From Balanoglossus misakiensis (lineage: Eukaryota; Animalia; Hemichordata): 64,000 nt of DNA. This document shows, one piece after another, positions 63,101-64,000 of the stretch (within the stretch, counting starts at the first letter, position 1; each line of letters opens with the position of its first letter). The stretch is taken from assembly GCA_040954595.2 (NCBI GenBank), contig CM082586.2, positions 867,630 to 931,629 on the forward strand, read 5' to 3'. The notes under the pieces are model-generated. The model was not told the origin of the DNA and did not search any database. It saw only the letters and a program-made list of their open reading frames with translations. The translations under genes were made by a program, and so were the position numbers.

Positions 63101-64000
63101 GTTTCTTTGAGACGGGTTCAGTTGCCACATTGCCGTGTCTTTGATCTTGACCTTTGGTGGTTATTCCAATATGTCATTGACTGTGTAAGGTCATTTCTTA
63201 AAGGAATTTTCTCCCTCAATCTTGTACAAATATTGGTGATACATGTACTTGTACGCCGTCTCCTAACGGCGATTGAGACAGACTGATGGTCCGTACGGGG
63301 AATTCAGACCACAGATTGGCCGAAGCACTTCAGATATCCGTTATTGTCCATGAACACAATGTTTGTATGGGTGAAGTGATGAGGAGAATTTGTTAAGAAC
63401 AAAAGAGATCTGGAAATCAGAGGCTTGAGCGCTCGCTTCAAATCATCATTGTATGACGCGGTCTCGTAGCGGCGCGTAAGTTCGCTGCGAATATCGACAA
63501 AAAGCGTTCAACGGCGTACTGAGTCATTCTCCGCGAGAACAAAGAAAACTGGGTGTGCCGCAGAAAAAAAAATCATGAATTTTGATAGTTTTAGCATTAT
63601 TTCATAAATCTTAGATTAAATTTTTACTAAATAGATAACATTATGCTTTGTATGTTCCTGTAATAAAAAAACAAGTATTCTTTGGTAATAATTTGTTGTT
63701 TTATGAAACCTTTGAATTTAGGTGTTGAGATGTCAAGGCAGATGAGCAGCATTTTCGCGGTAAAGGGGCTTTGTCTTGTTGATGGTTTTGCATTTTTCAC
63801 ACCAGGTTTTGTGCCCTGAAAATGAAAGAGATTCCCTTTTTTTCCACTCGACAATCTTCAATCCTTGTCGAGTTGGAATACGAAAACACTGATTATACGG
63901 TTTTGGAAATGAAACACTTGAGTAGACCGCAAGGACAGCTGTATTGCTTCTTTATGTTCAAAGATTTTTATCACCGAAGCCTGACTTGTAAAAAACAAAA

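Noticed and set aside
50000-64000. Short ORFs in the last 14 kb, including 62493-62924
   Set aside because: No recognisable domains or consistent exon chain. Probably UTR, intron or intergenic DNA, though small exons could be missed.
1-64000. Prokaryotic defence island or operon interpretation
   Set aside because: Spliceosomal introns, microsatellites, low coding density and a metazoan C8orf34 gene indicate an animal genome.

Overview
Intron-rich, AT-rich animal genomic DNA; an invertebrate, possibly deuterostome, origin is an inference. Bases ~1.8-45.2 kb hold a tandem cluster of ten paralogues (P1-P10) of a family I cannot name. Each has the same phase-1 exon core: an N-terminal alpha/beta domain with the motif VVVIDARQTRxLITPxRRDxNVDHWxEL (TIR-like by pattern), then a second alpha/beta domain resembling a degenerate P-loop GTPase, usually with CHCxxC. 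The C-termini vary widely: TM tail anchors, mucin stalks, an FN3 domain, coiled coils or repeated TM helices. Inside the cluster is a 6-exon gene fusing three ubiquitin-like domains to an IFI44-like GTPase. IRF/ISRE-type motifs (GAAANNGAAA and variants) and NF-kB sites sit at most promoters or first introns, including one compact AP-1/NF-kB/ISRE module. The locus looks like an undescribed, inducible innate-immune gene cluster. It is followed by a C8orf34 orthologue (45.8-49.9 kb) and ~14 kb of mostly non-coding sequence. All gene models were built by hand from splice sites and frame continuity. All fold and function calls are inferences without database support.
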